64,000 nt of DNA from Bryobacterales bacterium (GCA_965242625.1 CBDEST010000005.1:2383483-2447482), one strand, 5' to 3'. Positions 9,757-19,533 are shown, numbered from the stretch's first letter. Translations and numbers: made by a program. Notes: a model not told the origin generated them from the sequence alone.

Positions 9757-10571
9757 GGCGTGGTAGTGCGCGTGCCCGCGCGTAGCGGATAGCCGGCAGC
9801 GGCGCGCCCCTTGGCCGGAACCGGCTCGGGCTCGGCCATGGAAACTGCCGCGCAGTGTTCGAGCAGCCGAGCGGCGCATTCCTGGCCGATGCGGTCCGCC
9901 AGCGTGTCCCGAATCGGGTGGTATGCCCGTTGCTCCACTTCGGCGGGTTCCGGGTGCAGGATTCCCGCTAGCGGCAGGGTGGTGGTCACGATCAAGCCCT
10001 TGTCGTTGTCGTAGCGATGCTTGATCACCTCGCTGACAGCATCGACCACCCAAGGGGTTCGCCGGTGCTCTCCGAGCGAGTCCACCAAGAGCACGTCGAC
10101 GCTCCGCAAGTGCTGGTCCAGGCTCCGGCCGCGATCTTCGGCGCCGCTTTCCGCGAACCGTTGGTCTTGGATCTTGCGAAGCAATTCGGGATACCCGCAG
10201 AACAGGCAGCTGAACCCTCGCGCCATGAGGATTTTCAGCATCCCGACAGCTAGGTGCGTCATCTTGCCGATCGCCCCGCCATGAAGCAGGAGCCCCTTGT
10301 GATCGACAACCGGATACCCGTCGGCGAATTGCTCGGCCGACCGCAGGGCCCGCGTCAGGGTGTTGTAGGCGGCCCTGTTCTCGCGGTACCGGCCCGCCCT
10401 GAAATTGTCGAGAGTCTTATCCGCAAAGCGGGCCGGGACGCCGAAGTTCACCGAATCCCGCTGGGCTTGGAAATAGCACGTGCAGCGCTTGTAGGAGTCG
10501 CGGCCATCGGGGGCCTCGACTTTGACGAGCCCCGTGCCTTCGCACCGCGGGCATTCCGAGGCATCGGTCAC
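9753..10571 (-). CDS. DnaC/IstB-like AAA protein with N-terminal zinc ribbon and atypical P-loop
   Basis: CPRCEGTG...CTC zinc ribbon, then LLLHGGAIGKMTHLAVG where DnaC/IstB proteins carry G.PGTGKTHLA, and a Walker-B-like VLLVDSLGE. The likely GTG start at 10571 is preceded by GGGGAGGG. The track ORF starts at a TTG at 10592. Confidence 0.6.
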   Translation of the reverse strand: MTDASECPRCEGTGLVKVEAPDGRDSYKRCTCYFQAQRDSVNFGVPARFADKTLDNFRAGRYRENRAAYNTLTRALRSAEQFADGYPVVDHKGLLLHGGAIGKMTHLAVGMLKILMARGFSCLFCGYPELLRKIQDQRFAESGAEDRGRSLDQHLRSVDVLLVDSLGEHRRTPWVVDAVSEVIKHRYDNDKGLIVTTTLPLAGILHPEPAEVEQRAYHPIRDTLADRIGQECAARLLEHCAAVSMAEPEPVPAKGRAAAGYPLRAGTRTTTP

Positions 10572-10597
10572 CGCTCGCCCTCCCCGATTCAACTATC

Positions 10598-11086
10598 TTA
10601 TGCGATGACGGCAAGCGTGGTGCCGGCGGCGACAGAATCGCCGGCCTGCGCCCGCACGGAAGCGACTACGCCGTCACGCGGCGCACGGAGTTCGTTCTGC
10701 ATCTTCATCGCCTCTACCACGACCAGCCCCTGCCCGCGCCGCACGGCCTCCCCCTCGGTCACATGCACCGCCACCACCTTGCCTGGCATCGGAACGCGAA
10801 TCTCGCTCGACCCTCCGCCGCCCGTGTCGCGCGCCTGCCGCGAGAGTCTGCGCGGGTCCAGCACCTCTACGATCAGTCGCGAACCGTCCTGCCAAGTCTC
10901 GAACCGCCCGTTACCGAGCGCGCAGACCTGCACCACGTGACGCGATCCATCCAGTTCGATGGCGAATTCCTCCGGTCCTAGCGCGGAGACGCGCGCCTTT
11001 GTCCTGCGACCGTTTCGGGAAACGACATCTCTGTCGAATTCCAAGGTCTGCCGTTCGTCATCGACTAGCAGCTCGAATCGCTTCAC
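10598..11086 (-). CDS. biotin/lipoyl attachment (BCCP-like) protein
   Basis: The C-terminus carries the biotinylation motif VVVEAMKMQNEL. The likely GTG start (VKRFELL...) overlaps the accC stop by 1 nt (TAGTG). The track ORF extends further upstream in the same frame. Confidence 0.75.
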   Translation of the reverse strand: MKRFELLVDDERQTLEFDRDVVSRNGRRTKARVSALGPEEFAIELDGSRHVVQVCALGNGRFETWQDGSRLIVEVLDPRRLSRQARDTGGGGSSEIRVPMPGKVVAVHVTEGEAVRRGQGLVVVEAMKMQNELRAPRDGVVASVRAQAGDSVAAGTTLAVIA

Positions 11087-12591
11087 TAGACCGCACCTCG
11101 TCTGTCGAGCATCGCGGCGCGGCCACGGGCCTTCCAGCGAGAGGGCTCGCCCGGCGGCGCTGTCCGGGTAGCGGCGCGGCCGCCCCACGCCGAGACGGCT
11201 GCCAGCATGGCAGCGACCTGCGCTTCCTCCGAAAGTTCGGCTTTCGTCTCGAGTCCCCGCTCTAGGAACCTCGTGTCGAACGCTCCCCGCAGGAAGCGCG
11301 AGTCAGCAAGCAGGTCGCGGAAGAAGCCGAGCGTCGTCGCGATGCCGGCTATGGTAGATTCCCGCAGCGCTTGGCGCAGCTTCTGGATGACCGCCCCGCG
11401 CGTAGGAGCCCAGGCGCAAAGCTTCGCGATCAGCGCATCGTATTCCACCGGAACGGTCCAGCCCTCGTCCGCGCCGGAATCGACCCGAATCCCCGGCCCT
11501 TGCGGCCACCGCAAGCGCTCAATGCGTCCCGGCGCGGGCATGAAGTTCGCTTCCGGATCCTCCGCGTAGATCCGGCACTCCATGGCGTGGCCACGCGACT
11601 GCACTCCCTGCTGGGTCCAAGCCAGGGGGAATCCGGCAGCCACCGCGATCTGTTCGCGAACGAGATCCGTGCCGGTAACCAACTCGGTGACGGGGTGCTC
11701 GACCTGCAGCCGGGTATTCATTTCGAGAAAGTAGAACCGGCCTCCGGGATCCACGAGGAATTCGACCGTTCCGGCGTTCGTGTATCCGACAGCCTTCGCC
11801 GCCCTGATCGCCGCGTCGCACAGCGGCGCGCGGATTTCGGGGTGCAACAGAACGAACGGCGACGGAGTCTCTTCCAGCACCTTCTGGTGCCGCCGCTGCA
11901 AGCTGCACTCCCTTTCGCCCAGATGCACGATCCGTCCGTGCTCGTCAGCCACCACTTGGACTTCGATGTGCCGGGGCCGAACGATCGCTTTCTCCAAGTA
12001 GATCGTGTCGTCCCCGAACGCTTGGCGCGCCTCGCCCCGGGCCTCGCTCCATGCGGCCCACAGGTCTGCGGCGTTGTCCACGAGCCGCATTCCCTTGCCG
12101 CCGCCGCCCGCCGCCGCCTTGAGCATGACGGGAAAGCCGATGGATTCCCCAACCGCCGCGGCATCGGCGGCATCCGCGACAGGGCCGGGCGAGCCGGGGA
12201 CCACCGGCACGCCGGCGGCATCCATCAGTTCGCGCGCACGGGTCTTGACTCCCATCGAGCGAATCGCCGCGGCGGACGGCCCGATGAACTTGACTCCCCG
12301 GTCGCGGCAAGCCTCGGCGAAATCGGCGTTCTCGCTCAAGAACCCGTATCCCGGGTGAATCCCGTCGGCACCGGTTCGTCGCGCCGCGTCAAGGACGCGA
12401 TCGATGTCCAGGTAGCTCTCCGCGGCGGGAGCGGGCCCGATGGCGCACGCAGCGTCGGCGAGCCGCACGTGCTTGGCTTCCCGGTCCGCCTCCGAATAGA
12501 CCGCGACAGCCGCGATATCGAGTTCGCGGCAGGCGCGAATGACGCGCACCGCGATCTCGCCTCGATTGGCTACGAGAATCTTCCGGAACAC
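11086..12591 (-). CDS. accC: biotin carboxylase subunit (acetyl-/acyl-CoA carboxylase)
   Basis: MFRKILVANRGEIAVRVIRACRELDI..., GYGFLSEN and an ATP-grasp core. 501 aa. Confidence 0.9.
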   Translation of the reverse strand: MFRKILVANRGEIAVRVIRACRELDIAAVAVYSEADREAKHVRLADAACAIGPAPAAESYLDIDRVLDAARRTGADGIHPGYGFLSENADFAEACRDRGVKFIGPSAAAIRSMGVKTRARELMDAAGVPVVPGSPGPVADAADAAAVGESIGFPVMLKAAAGGGGKGMRLVDNAADLWAAWSEARGEARQAFGDDTIYLEKAIVRPRHIEVQVVADEHGRIVHLGERECSLQRRHQKVLEETPSPFVLLHPEIRAPLCDAAIRAAKAVGYTNAGTVEFLVDPGGRFYFLEMNTRLQVEHPVTELVTGTDLVREQIAVAAGFPLAWTQQGVQSRGHAMECRIYAEDPEANFMPAPGRIERLRWPQGPGIRVDSGADEGWTVPVEYDALIAKLCAWAPTRGAVIQKLRQALRESTIAGIATTLGFFRDLLADSRFLRGAFDTRFLERGLETKAELSEEAQVAAMLAAVSAWGGRAATRTAPPGEPSRWKARGRAAMLDRRGAV

Positions 12592-12647
12592 GAAGCGTTG
12601 CGCGATTGTAGCAGTGCCATCGGCGTTGGCCAGGGCCGATCAGCCGC

Positions 12648-14618
12648 TCAATTCACATAGAGGAAAGCGTTCAGATTGAACATGGCGAGCGCGAACTCGC
12701 GCAACGGGCCGGCTGCGAGGTAGGTGCGGCCCAGCCGCAGCTCGTCGGGCTCCGGGGACCGCCCGGCGACGAGGCTGTAGGCGCGCTCGACAATGCGGGC
12801 CGGGTCGCTCCCGGCGTCCTTCCGCAGGCGCGCGGCGAAGCGCGCCGCCAGCTCGTTCGCGGTGTCGCCATTCAGCAGTTCCAGCGACTGGGGAGCGTGC
12901 GTGCTGGACTCGCGCCGGGCGCAGCTGGTGAGCAGCGGGGGCTTGTCGAACACCTCCATGAACGGGATTTGCAGGTTGCGCTTGGCGATCAGGTAGGCCG
13001 AGCGTCGGCGATGTTCCGCAGGGTTCTCCGGGACTTGCCACTGGGTGGGATCGTAGAGCAGGTCCACCAAGGCCGCTTCGACCGGCAGCATGACGCTCTT
13101 GCCGCCGTAGGCCAGATTCAGCTCGCCGGCAACGGAGAGCATCGCGTCGCGCACCTCCTCGGCGCTGAGCCGCCGTCTCGGCCCGTGCCACAGCAGGCGG
13201 TTGTCGGCGTCGCGGTCCATGCCCAAGCGCTGTCCGTCGCGAGGCCGTGACGCCTGCCGGTAGGCGCTGCTGGCGAGGATCATGCGGTGGATGGGCTTGG
13301 TCCGCCAGCCGCCGGCGACCAGCTCGTTGGCGAGGAAGTCCAGCAATTCCGGATGGCTGGGGTCGCCGCCCATGACCCCGAAATCGTTGGGCGTGTCCAC
13401 GATGCCGCGACCGAAGTACGACTGCCAGAGGCGGTTCACCAAGACCCTCGCGGTCAACGGATTGTCAGGATTGGCGATCCAGTCCGCCAAGCGCGTCCTG
13501 GGCTGCTCGATGTCGGGAGGCAGCGTCGGATGGTCTTCGGGCAGGAGGACGCCGGGCGGCCGCGGGTCCACGGGTTGCAGCGGCTTGGTGTGATCGCCGC
13601 GGTCCAGCACCCGCACGCGAGTCGGGTCCTCGCGGTCGTTGCGCACCGTGGCCAGCGAGGCGGGCGGTTCCGGCAGGCTCGCCTCGAGCCTGTCGTGCTC
13701 GGCCTGCAGCGCTTCGCGCTCGGCCCCCGCGGCCAGCTTGATCTTGCCCCGCAGGGACTTCATCTCGCCGGCGATCCTCTTGGTCTGCTCGCGCCACTCG
13801 TCGACGGACCCATCGCCTTGGAACACGACGTTCGTTTCCTTGGACGGACCGAAGTAGGCCTGCAGCCGGTAGTAGTCGATCTGCCGGATCGGGTCGAACA
13901 TGTGGTCGTGGCACCGCGCGCAGCCCACCGTCAGTCCCAGAAACGCCGTGCCGACGATATCCGTCCGCTCTGTCAGCACTTCGTTGCGGCTGGACGCGAC
14001 AGCCTGATTGCCGGCGTTGCGGCGCACCGGGCCCAGCCGATGCAGTCCGGCGGCGGCCAGCAACTCTCGGTTCGACGCGCGCGCCGGATCCCCGCGGGCC
14101 AATTCGTCGCCCGCGAGCTGCTCCTTCACGAACCGGTCGTACGGCTTGTCGCGATTCAGGGAGTCGATCACGTAGTCGCGATAGCGCCACAATCCCGGCA
14201 GGTATCGGTCGTATTCGAAACCCTCGGTTTCCGCGTAGCGGACGACGTCCAGCCACCGTCCGGAAGCATGCTCGCCGAAGCGCGGGCTCGCCAGGAGTCG
14301 CTCCACCAGTCGCTCCCATGCGTCGGGCGCATTGTCGCTGACGAAAGCCTCGATTTCCACCGGAGAGGGCGGCAAGCCGGTGACGTCGAAGTAGACGCGT
14401 CGGACCAGCGTCCGCCGGTCCGCTTCCGGAGCCGGGGCCAGTCCCGCAGCCTGGAGGCGCTGCCACACGAACGCGTCTACCGGGCTCCGAACCCACTCCG
14501 ACTGTCCGGTCGGGGGCGTGACCGCGGCCCGCGGCTGGAACGCCCAGTACCCGCGCTCCCGCTCGGAGTACTCGGCGGGGAACGCGGTGCCGATCCCGAG
14601 CACGAGCGCGGGAATCAT
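12648..14618 (-). CDS. DUF1549 (PSCyt2) / DUF1553 (PSD1) domain protein
   Basis: PVDAFVWQRLQAAGLAPAPEADRRTLVRRVYFDVTGLPPSP, WLDVVRYAETEGFEYD and CARCHDHMFDP are hallmark motifs. The likely start is MIPALVLGIGTAF (ATG at 14618), with a signal-like N-terminus. Confidence 0.8.
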   Translation of the reverse strand: MIPALVLGIGTAFPAEYSERERGYWAFQPRAAVTPPTGQSEWVRSPVDAFVWQRLQAAGLAPAPEADRRTLVRRVYFDVTGLPPSPVEIEAFVSDNAPDAWERLVERLLASPRFGEHASGRWLDVVRYAETEGFEYDRYLPGLWRYRDYVIDSLNRDKPYDRFVKEQLAGDELARGDPARASNRELLAAAGLHRLGPVRRNAGNQAVASSRNEVLTERTDIVGTAFLGLTVGCARCHDHMFDPIRQIDYYRLQAYFGPSKETNVVFQGDGSVDEWREQTKRIAGEMKSLRGKIKLAAGAEREALQAEHDRLEASLPEPPASLATVRNDREDPTRVRVLDRGDHTKPLQPVDPRPPGVLLPEDHPTLPPDIEQPRTRLADWIANPDNPLTARVLVNRLWQSYFGRGIVDTPNDFGVMGGDPSHPELLDFLANELVAGGWRTKPIHRMILASSAYRQASRPRDGQRLGMDRDADNRLLWHGPRRRLSAEEVRDAMLSVAGELNLAYGGKSVMLPVEAALVDLLYDPTQWQVPENPAEHRRRSAYLIAKRNLQIPFMEVFDKPPLLTSCARRESSTHAPQSLELLNGDTANELAARFAARLRKDAGSDPARIVERAYSLVAGRSPEPDELRLGRTYLAAGPLREFALAMFNLNAFLYVN

Positions 14619-14702
14619 GCGGATCGCGAGTCTGAGCACTTTCCGATCAACCGCGTCGATTGTAACCCAGAGCACGGATCGAGTGCTGGGATGGACAGGC
14701 GG

Positions 14703-15758
14703 CTACCGCTTCCCGGAGCCTATCAGAATGCTCATCCAGCGCGTATCCGAGAAGCTGTCCAAGGCGATCTTCGCGCTCATCGTCAGGGGCGTCGAGAGCA
14801 CCATGCCCACGGCGCCGAGCAGCCAGCCCCAGATCACCAACGACATCAGCACGACCAAGGGCGAAAGCCCGATCTCGGAGCCCATCGTCTGGGGTTCCAG
14901 AACCCCGCCGATGACCACGTTGATGACCAAGTACCCGATGGCGACCAGCAGCGCGGGGCCGACCCCGTATTGCACCAGAGCCATGAGCACGGCGGGCGTA
15001 CCCGCGATGACGGATCCGATGTTCGGAATGTAGTTCAGCAGGAACGCGAGCAGGCCCCAGAAGATGGCGTAGTCGATGCCGAGAACCCAGACCCACGAGC
15101 CCGCCAAGAGCCCGGTAGCGAGGCTGGTCGCCGTCTTGATGGCCAGGTACTTCTGAATCGAGATCGCGAAGGTGCGGAAACCGGCCCAAGTCTTCTCCCC
15201 GGCCCCGAGCGCTTGCGTGAGCTTGGCCGGCATCCGGAACGCTTCCAGCAGCATGAACAGCACCGTCAAGACAGCCAGGAGCCCCTTGCTCATCGCGCTG
15301 CCGAACTGCAGCAACGTATTCGCCACGAAGCTCAATGCGTCGCGCCACGTGTCCTCATTGACCGGGCTTTCCAAGTCGAAGGGACCCAGCATGCCCTCGA
15401 TCCAAGTCACCATGGGCGCGAACACGGATTGCAATCGCTGCTGGTATACGGGCAGGTTCTGATTGAACCCGGTCAGGGCGTTCACCCCGATCACCCCGAT
15501 CAGGGAGAAGAAGCCGATGACTCCGGCGACCACGACCAGGATCGCGGCGAACTTGGGCACGCGATGCTGGTGCAGCCAATACACGATCGGCCAGGTCAGC
15601 ACGGCTAGGAAGATCGACAGCAGGAACGGCGCCACGACATCCGCGGCCAGTTTCACGCCCGCCAGTACGACCACCAGAGCGGCGAGGACCACGACGGGTG
15701 ATTGCAGGCTCGCGTCCCGCGGATGACTGGCGCCTTGTCCGGTGAAGCTTATAGACAT
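14703..15758 (-). CDS. AI-2E family (PerM/UPF0118) transporter
   Basis: 351-aa polytopic membrane protein whose topology and sequence pattern are typical of UPF0118 (…FLLNYIPNIGSVIAG…). Confidence 0.75.
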   Translation of the reverse strand: MSISFTGQGASHPRDASLQSPVVVLAALVVVLAGVKLAADVVAPFLLSIFLAVLTWPIVYWLHQHRVPKFAAILVVVAGVIGFFSLIGVIGVNALTGFNQNLPVYQQRLQSVFAPMVTWIEGMLGPFDLESPVNEDTWRDALSFVANTLLQFGSAMSKGLLAVLTVLFMLLEAFRMPAKLTQALGAGEKTWAGFRTFAISIQKYLAIKTATSLATGLLAGSWVWVLGIDYAIFWGLLAFLLNYIPNIGSVIAGTPAVLMALVQYGVGPALLVAIGYLVINVVIGGVLEPQTMGSEIGLSPLVVLMSLVIWGWLLGAVGMVLSTPLTMSAKIALDSFSDTRWMSILIGSGKR

Positions 15759-15827
15759 CGCCCTTGTTTCAGCATACCCCTCGCGGGTTCGCTAAACTGG
15801 CTACTCGGTCAGGCAGGCTCTGCACAC

Positions 15828-17096
15828 ATGGAATCTTCGCGCAAACCCTTTCACGGGCCTTGGATCATCGCCAGTTGCTTCATCACCTTCGGTCTCTCGA
15901 CGGGCTTCCCGTACTACAACATCGCGTTCTTCTTCGACTATCTCGCTCAGGGGAATTCCTGGAGCCAGGAACTGGTAACCCTCGGCGCTCCGATCGCGGT
16001 CCTGCTGACGCTGTGGATGGGACCGGTGATCGTCCCCAAGGTGTCTCCGCGCAAGCTGATCCTGATCGGGACGTTCCTCACGTTCCTGGCGTTCCAGTGG
16101 TTCGGTCGTCTCGGCGGAAGCCAGTACGAGTACTACGCGGCATGGTGCTTGTACATGGCGGGCTACTTCCTGTCCGGTCCGATCCCGCACCAGATCATCA
16201 TTTCCAACTGGTACAAGCGCCGCCGCGGCACCGCGATGGGCATCACATACGTGGGGGTCGCCGTAATCGGTGCGCTAGGCAGCAAGCTGACCCCGTGGGT
16301 CACCGCGATTTCGGAGGACTACACGATAGCCCTGCAGCGCCTCGGCTTCCTGATGGTGATCGCTTGGCCCTTGGCGATATGGGTGATTCGCGACAAGCCG
16401 GAGGACATGGGGCAGCTGCCCGACGGCGCCGCGAGCCTACCGGCACCCGATGCCGCAGCTTCCGAGCGATCGGAGCAGAGCGATGAGCAGCCGCGGGCGT
16501 TCGGCGAGTTGATGAGCCACAGCGCGTTCTGGTTGCTCCTCGTCGGCAGCGCGCTTTCCATCGGGTCGATCGCGGCGGTGAACTTCTTGATGAAGTTCGT
16601 ATACGAGGAGCAGGGCTTTACCGAGCAAAGCGCTCGCGACCAAGTTTGGTCGGACGCCTCGTTCACGTACTTGATGTCCAGCATCCTAGGGCGGTTAGCC
16701 GCTGGCTGGCTGTCGGACCACCTCCCGCGCAAGTACGTGATGCTGGCTACCTACGCCATCGTTTCGCTGGCGATCCCGCTGCTGTTCCTGGTGACGCCCG
16801 CGCAGCCCGGCATGGTCTACGTGTTCGCGATCGTGTTCGGCTTCGCGATGGGCGCCGACTACATGTTGATCCCGCTCATGGCGGCGGACCAATTCGGCTT
16901 GCGGTCGCTCGGCAAGGCAATGTCCGTGATCTTGCCGACCGATACGATCGGGCAGTTCTGGACGCCGTTCGCCATTGCCTCGCTCGCAACGTACTTGGCG
17001 GGATACGGTACGGCGCTCTGGGCGGTCTTCGGCTTGGCCGCGCTAGGGGCGCTCGCGATCGCGTTGCTGCCCCGTCACCCCCGCCACAGCAGCTAG
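15828..17096 (+). CDS. MFS transporter
   Basis: The ATG at 15828 (MESSRKPFHGPWIIASCFITFG...) opens about 12 hydrophobic segments and a central hydrophilic loop. The track ORF starts upstream at 15702. Confidence 0.75.
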   Translation: MESSRKPFHGPWIIASCFITFGLSTGFPYYNIAFFFDYLAQGNSWSQELVTLGAPIAVLLTLWMGPVIVPKVSPRKLILIGTFLTFLAFQWFGRLGGSQYEYYAAWCLYMAGYFLSGPIPHQIIISNWYKRRRGTAMGITYVGVAVIGALGSKLTPWVTAISEDYTIALQRLGFLMVIAWPLAIWVIRDKPEDMGQLPDGAASLPAPDAAASERSEQSDEQPRAFGELMSHSAFWLLLVGSALSIGSIAAVNFLMKFVYEEQGFTEQSARDQVWSDASFTYLMSSILGRLAAGWLSDHLPRKYVMLATYAIVSLAIPLLFLVTPAQPGMVYVFAIVFGFAMGADYMLIPLMAADQFGLRSLGKAMSVILPTDTIGQFWTPFAIASLATYLAGYGTALWAVFGLAALGALAIALLPRHPRHSS

Positions 17097-17276
17097 CCGA
17101 GGCTTCCGAACGCCAGGGCTCGCGCGGGCCGCGCGATGCCGTTGCCACTTGGCGGAGGCAACGCAGCCTCAGAAGCTCTGCGGTCCGCCGAAGGATCTGC
17201 GTGGATCCGACGCCAGCGAGTCGCGTCCAAGCCTCTCCGAGACTGCAAGCGACGGAGCGGTGAACGGGCGGGGCTG

Positions 17277-17969
17277 TTAGCCAGCCCGCTCTGCGTTGCG
17301 GATCACCACGGGGGTCGTGGGCACGTTCTGATGCCCTCGATTGCTGCCGGTCTGCACTTGGGCGATCTCATCGACGACTTCGCCGCCCTCCACGACCTTC
17401 CCGAACACGCAGTAACCCCAGCCATCCTGCGCTTGGTCCTTGTCCAAGCCTCGATTCGTGCGGTGATTGATGAAGAACTGCGCCGAGGCGCTATGCGGAT
17501 CCGGGGTGCGGGCCATGGCGATCGTGTAACGCAGGTTCGAGAGAGAGCCGGCCTCGTTCTGGATGGGATCCCGGGTGTTCTTCTCTTGCATCTGCGAGGT
17601 GAAGCCGCCGCCTTGGATCATGAATCCGGGAATGACGCGATGGAAGATCGTACTGTCGTAGAACCCGTCGTCGACGTACTGCAGGAAGTTCTTCACAGTC
17701 TCGGGGGCTCTGTCCGGATACAGCTCGAGGACAATCGTCCCCATGCTGGTCTCCATGCGTACCTTGGGTGGCGTGGTGGGTTCAGGTGTGGTCACGGGTT
17801 CTGGCTCGGTCTTGGCCGCGGGTTCTTCCTCGGGGGGTGCAGGGGCCTCTTCGACAACCTCGGGAGGCTCGGTCGGAGCGGACTCACTCGGTGCTTCCGG
17901 TTCTCCGCAGTTTGAGAGAAGGCCGACGGCTAGACAGGCCAACAGAGCAGGGAGCATCTTGATCGACAT
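17277..17969 (-). CDS. cyclophilin-type peptidyl-prolyl cis-trans isomerase, lipoprotein
   Basis: Lipobox LLSNC, a Pro/Glu-rich linker, then cyclophilin motifs [14 protein letters not shown] and ...SASAQFFI. Confidence 0.85.
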   Translation of the reverse strand: MSIKMLPALLACLAVGLLSNCGEPEAPSESAPTEPPEVVEEAPAPPEEEPAAKTEPEPVTTPEPTTPPKVRMETSMGTIVLELYPDRAPETVKNFLQYVDDGFYDSTIFHRVIPGFMIQGGGFTSQMQEKNTRDPIQNEAGSLSNLRYTIAMARTPDPHSASAQFFINHRTNRGLDKDQAQDGWGYCVFGKVVEGGEVVDEIAQVQTGSNRGHQNVPTTPVVIRNAERAG

Positions 17970-18069
17970 GGCATTCCCCCGGGGCCGAAACGATTGACGG
18001 CACTCGAGTCCTCATAAGTTTACACCACGTTCCCAAGATGCGCCGATCCTTGTTCGGACGGGCCGTGCG

Positions 18070-19134
18070 CTAGAGTTCGCGCCCGCCCACGGTCGTGCCG
18101 CCGCAACTTGACCCGCTGCCCGCCGTGCATCCGTAGCAGTGGTCGGCCGTGACGATTCGGCGGCGGGCCAGCTTGGCCGGATCGAAGTCCCGGATGTGCC
18201 TCGGAGCGCCGTAGCCGACCTCAAGATCAAGCAACTGGTTGAAGTCGCAGTCATGGATGCGCCCGTCCCAGCCGATCGAAATCATCGAGCGGCACATTAC
18301 GCCCGCCACGGCAGCGGGATTGAAGGCGTTGATCAGGCGTTGCATGTAGCGCTCGTAGTTGGAACTGCGGACGAGGAAGTCCAGATAGCGGCTGATGGGC
18401 ATATTCGTCATCGTGTAGAGCGCGTTGAACTCGATCCCGTGTCGACTTCGCAGTTCGCGCTTGAAGTCCGCCTCCACCGCGGCTTGATCGGGCGGCAGGA
18501 ACGCACCGGTCGGGTTATAGACCAGGTTGAGGGTCAAGCCGCTGCCGGGCAGTCCGTAACCCAGTCCGTTCAGCAGGCGCAACGCCTCGATCGACTTTTG
18601 GAACACGCCGTCGCCTCGCTGGGCGTCCGTGCGCCGCTCCAGGAAATACGGCAAGCTCGCGACGATTTCGACTTGATGGCGAGCGAGGAATTCCGCTAGC
18701 CCGCGCTGGGAGCGCATCAGCAGGACCGTCAGGTTGCAGCGATCGATGACGCGGCATCCAAGGTCGCGGACCCGGCCTACGAACCAGCGGAAGTGCGGAT
18801 TGAGTTCGGGCGCCCCGCCGGTCAAGTCGACACTGGGGCGGCCGAGTCTGCGGATCGCCTCGAGGCACAGTTCGAACGTCGGCCGGGACATGTTCTCTTC
18901 GGTTCGATCAGGCCCTGCGTCGACATGGCAATGCTTGCATGTCTGGTTGCAGAGCTTGCCGACATTGATCTGGACCGTTTGGATACCCGTGGCGGTCAGC
19001 GGGCCGAGGCTCGCCTCCTCGAGCGCGGAGCCGAACGGCTTGATTTCGGCCGGTCCGTGCCCGTTGTTGAGAATCTGAAACGGCACTCGTTGCCGCTCTC
19101 GGGCTCCTGCTGCCGCTGAATCGTTGCCGGGCAC
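18070..19134 (-). CDS. arsS: ArsS-family radical SAM / Cys-rich domain protein (arsenosugar-biosynthesis type)
   Basis: CNQTCKHC radical-SAM cluster motif, LTGGAPELNPHF, and the C-terminal Cys-rich tail HCYGCTAGSGSSCGG typical of this family. Confidence 0.75.
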   Translation of the reverse strand: MPGNDSAAAGARERQRVPFQILNNGHGPAEIKPFGSALEEASLGPLTATGIQTVQINVGKLCNQTCKHCHVDAGPDRTEENMSRPTFELCLEAIRRLGRPSVDLTGGAPELNPHFRWFVGRVRDLGCRVIDRCNLTVLLMRSQRGLAEFLARHQVEIVASLPYFLERRTDAQRGDGVFQKSIEALRLLNGLGYGLPGSGLTLNLVYNPTGAFLPPDQAAVEADFKRELRSRHGIEFNALYTMTNMPISRYLDFLVRSSNYERYMQRLINAFNPAAVAGVMCRSMISIGWDGRIHDCDFNQLLDLEVGYGAPRHIRDFDPAKLARRRIVTADHCYGCTAGSGSSCGGTTVGGREL

Positions 19135-19140
19135 GATCCC

Positions 19141-19533
19141 TTACATGCTAAGTGCTTCAGCGGTGTTCCGCATTTGGAGCCCATGCACCAGGGCAGAGCC
19201 CCCCTTGATCGCCGCCGCCACGTGGACGGCTTCGGTCATCTGCTCCAGATTCGAGCCCTTCTCGAGGCAGCCCTGCGTGTAGGCGTCGATGCAGTAGGGA
19301 CACTGCACGGCGTGGGACACGGCCAAGGCGATCAGGCATTTCTCGCGCTCGCTGAGAGCGCCCGGGGCGAACACGGTGCTGTACCAAGCGTTGAACTTCT
19401 CCCACAGTTCCGGCGCGTCGGTGCCCATCTCCGCGAAGCGCGGGAGATCTTCCGGGCGGTAGTATTCGGCCAAGGCTGGCCTCCTTTCTGGCAATTCCGC
19501 AGTTGCGGCCGCGACCGCCGAGTATACGAACAT
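19141..19533 (-). CDS. AhpD/carboxymuconolactone-decarboxylase-like peroxidase-like protein (ArsS-associated type)
   Basis: REKCLIALAVSHAVQCPYCIDAYT (CxxC in an AhpD-like fold). It lies 6 nt upstream of arsS on the same strand. The exact start is uncertain. Confidence 0.7.
   Translation of the reverse strand: MFVYSAVAAATAELPERRPALAEYYRPEDLPRFAEMGTDAPELWEKFNAWYSTVFAPGALSEREKCLIALAVSHAVQCPYCIDAYTQGCLEKGSNLEQMTEAVHVAAAIKGGSALVHGLQMRNTAEALSM

Noticed and set aside
13287-15608. Very long ORFs such as 13287-15608 (+, 773 aa), 1441-3129 (+, 562 aa), 35225-37003 (-, 592 aa), 55968-57419 (-, 483 aa), 24616-25611 (+) and the first ~490 codons of 37243-39537 (+).
   Set aside because: They are Arg/Pro/Gly/Ala-rich with no recognisable motifs. 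They run antisense to or out of frame with genes that have clear family signatures. This is typical of stop-codon-poor off-frames in high-GC DNA.
18070-19134. A selenocysteine (in-frame TGA) version of ArsS, as reported for some family members.
   Set aside because: The ORF is uninterrupted and the C-terminal Cys-rich tail is encoded with Cys codons. There is no in-frame TGA and no need for recoding.
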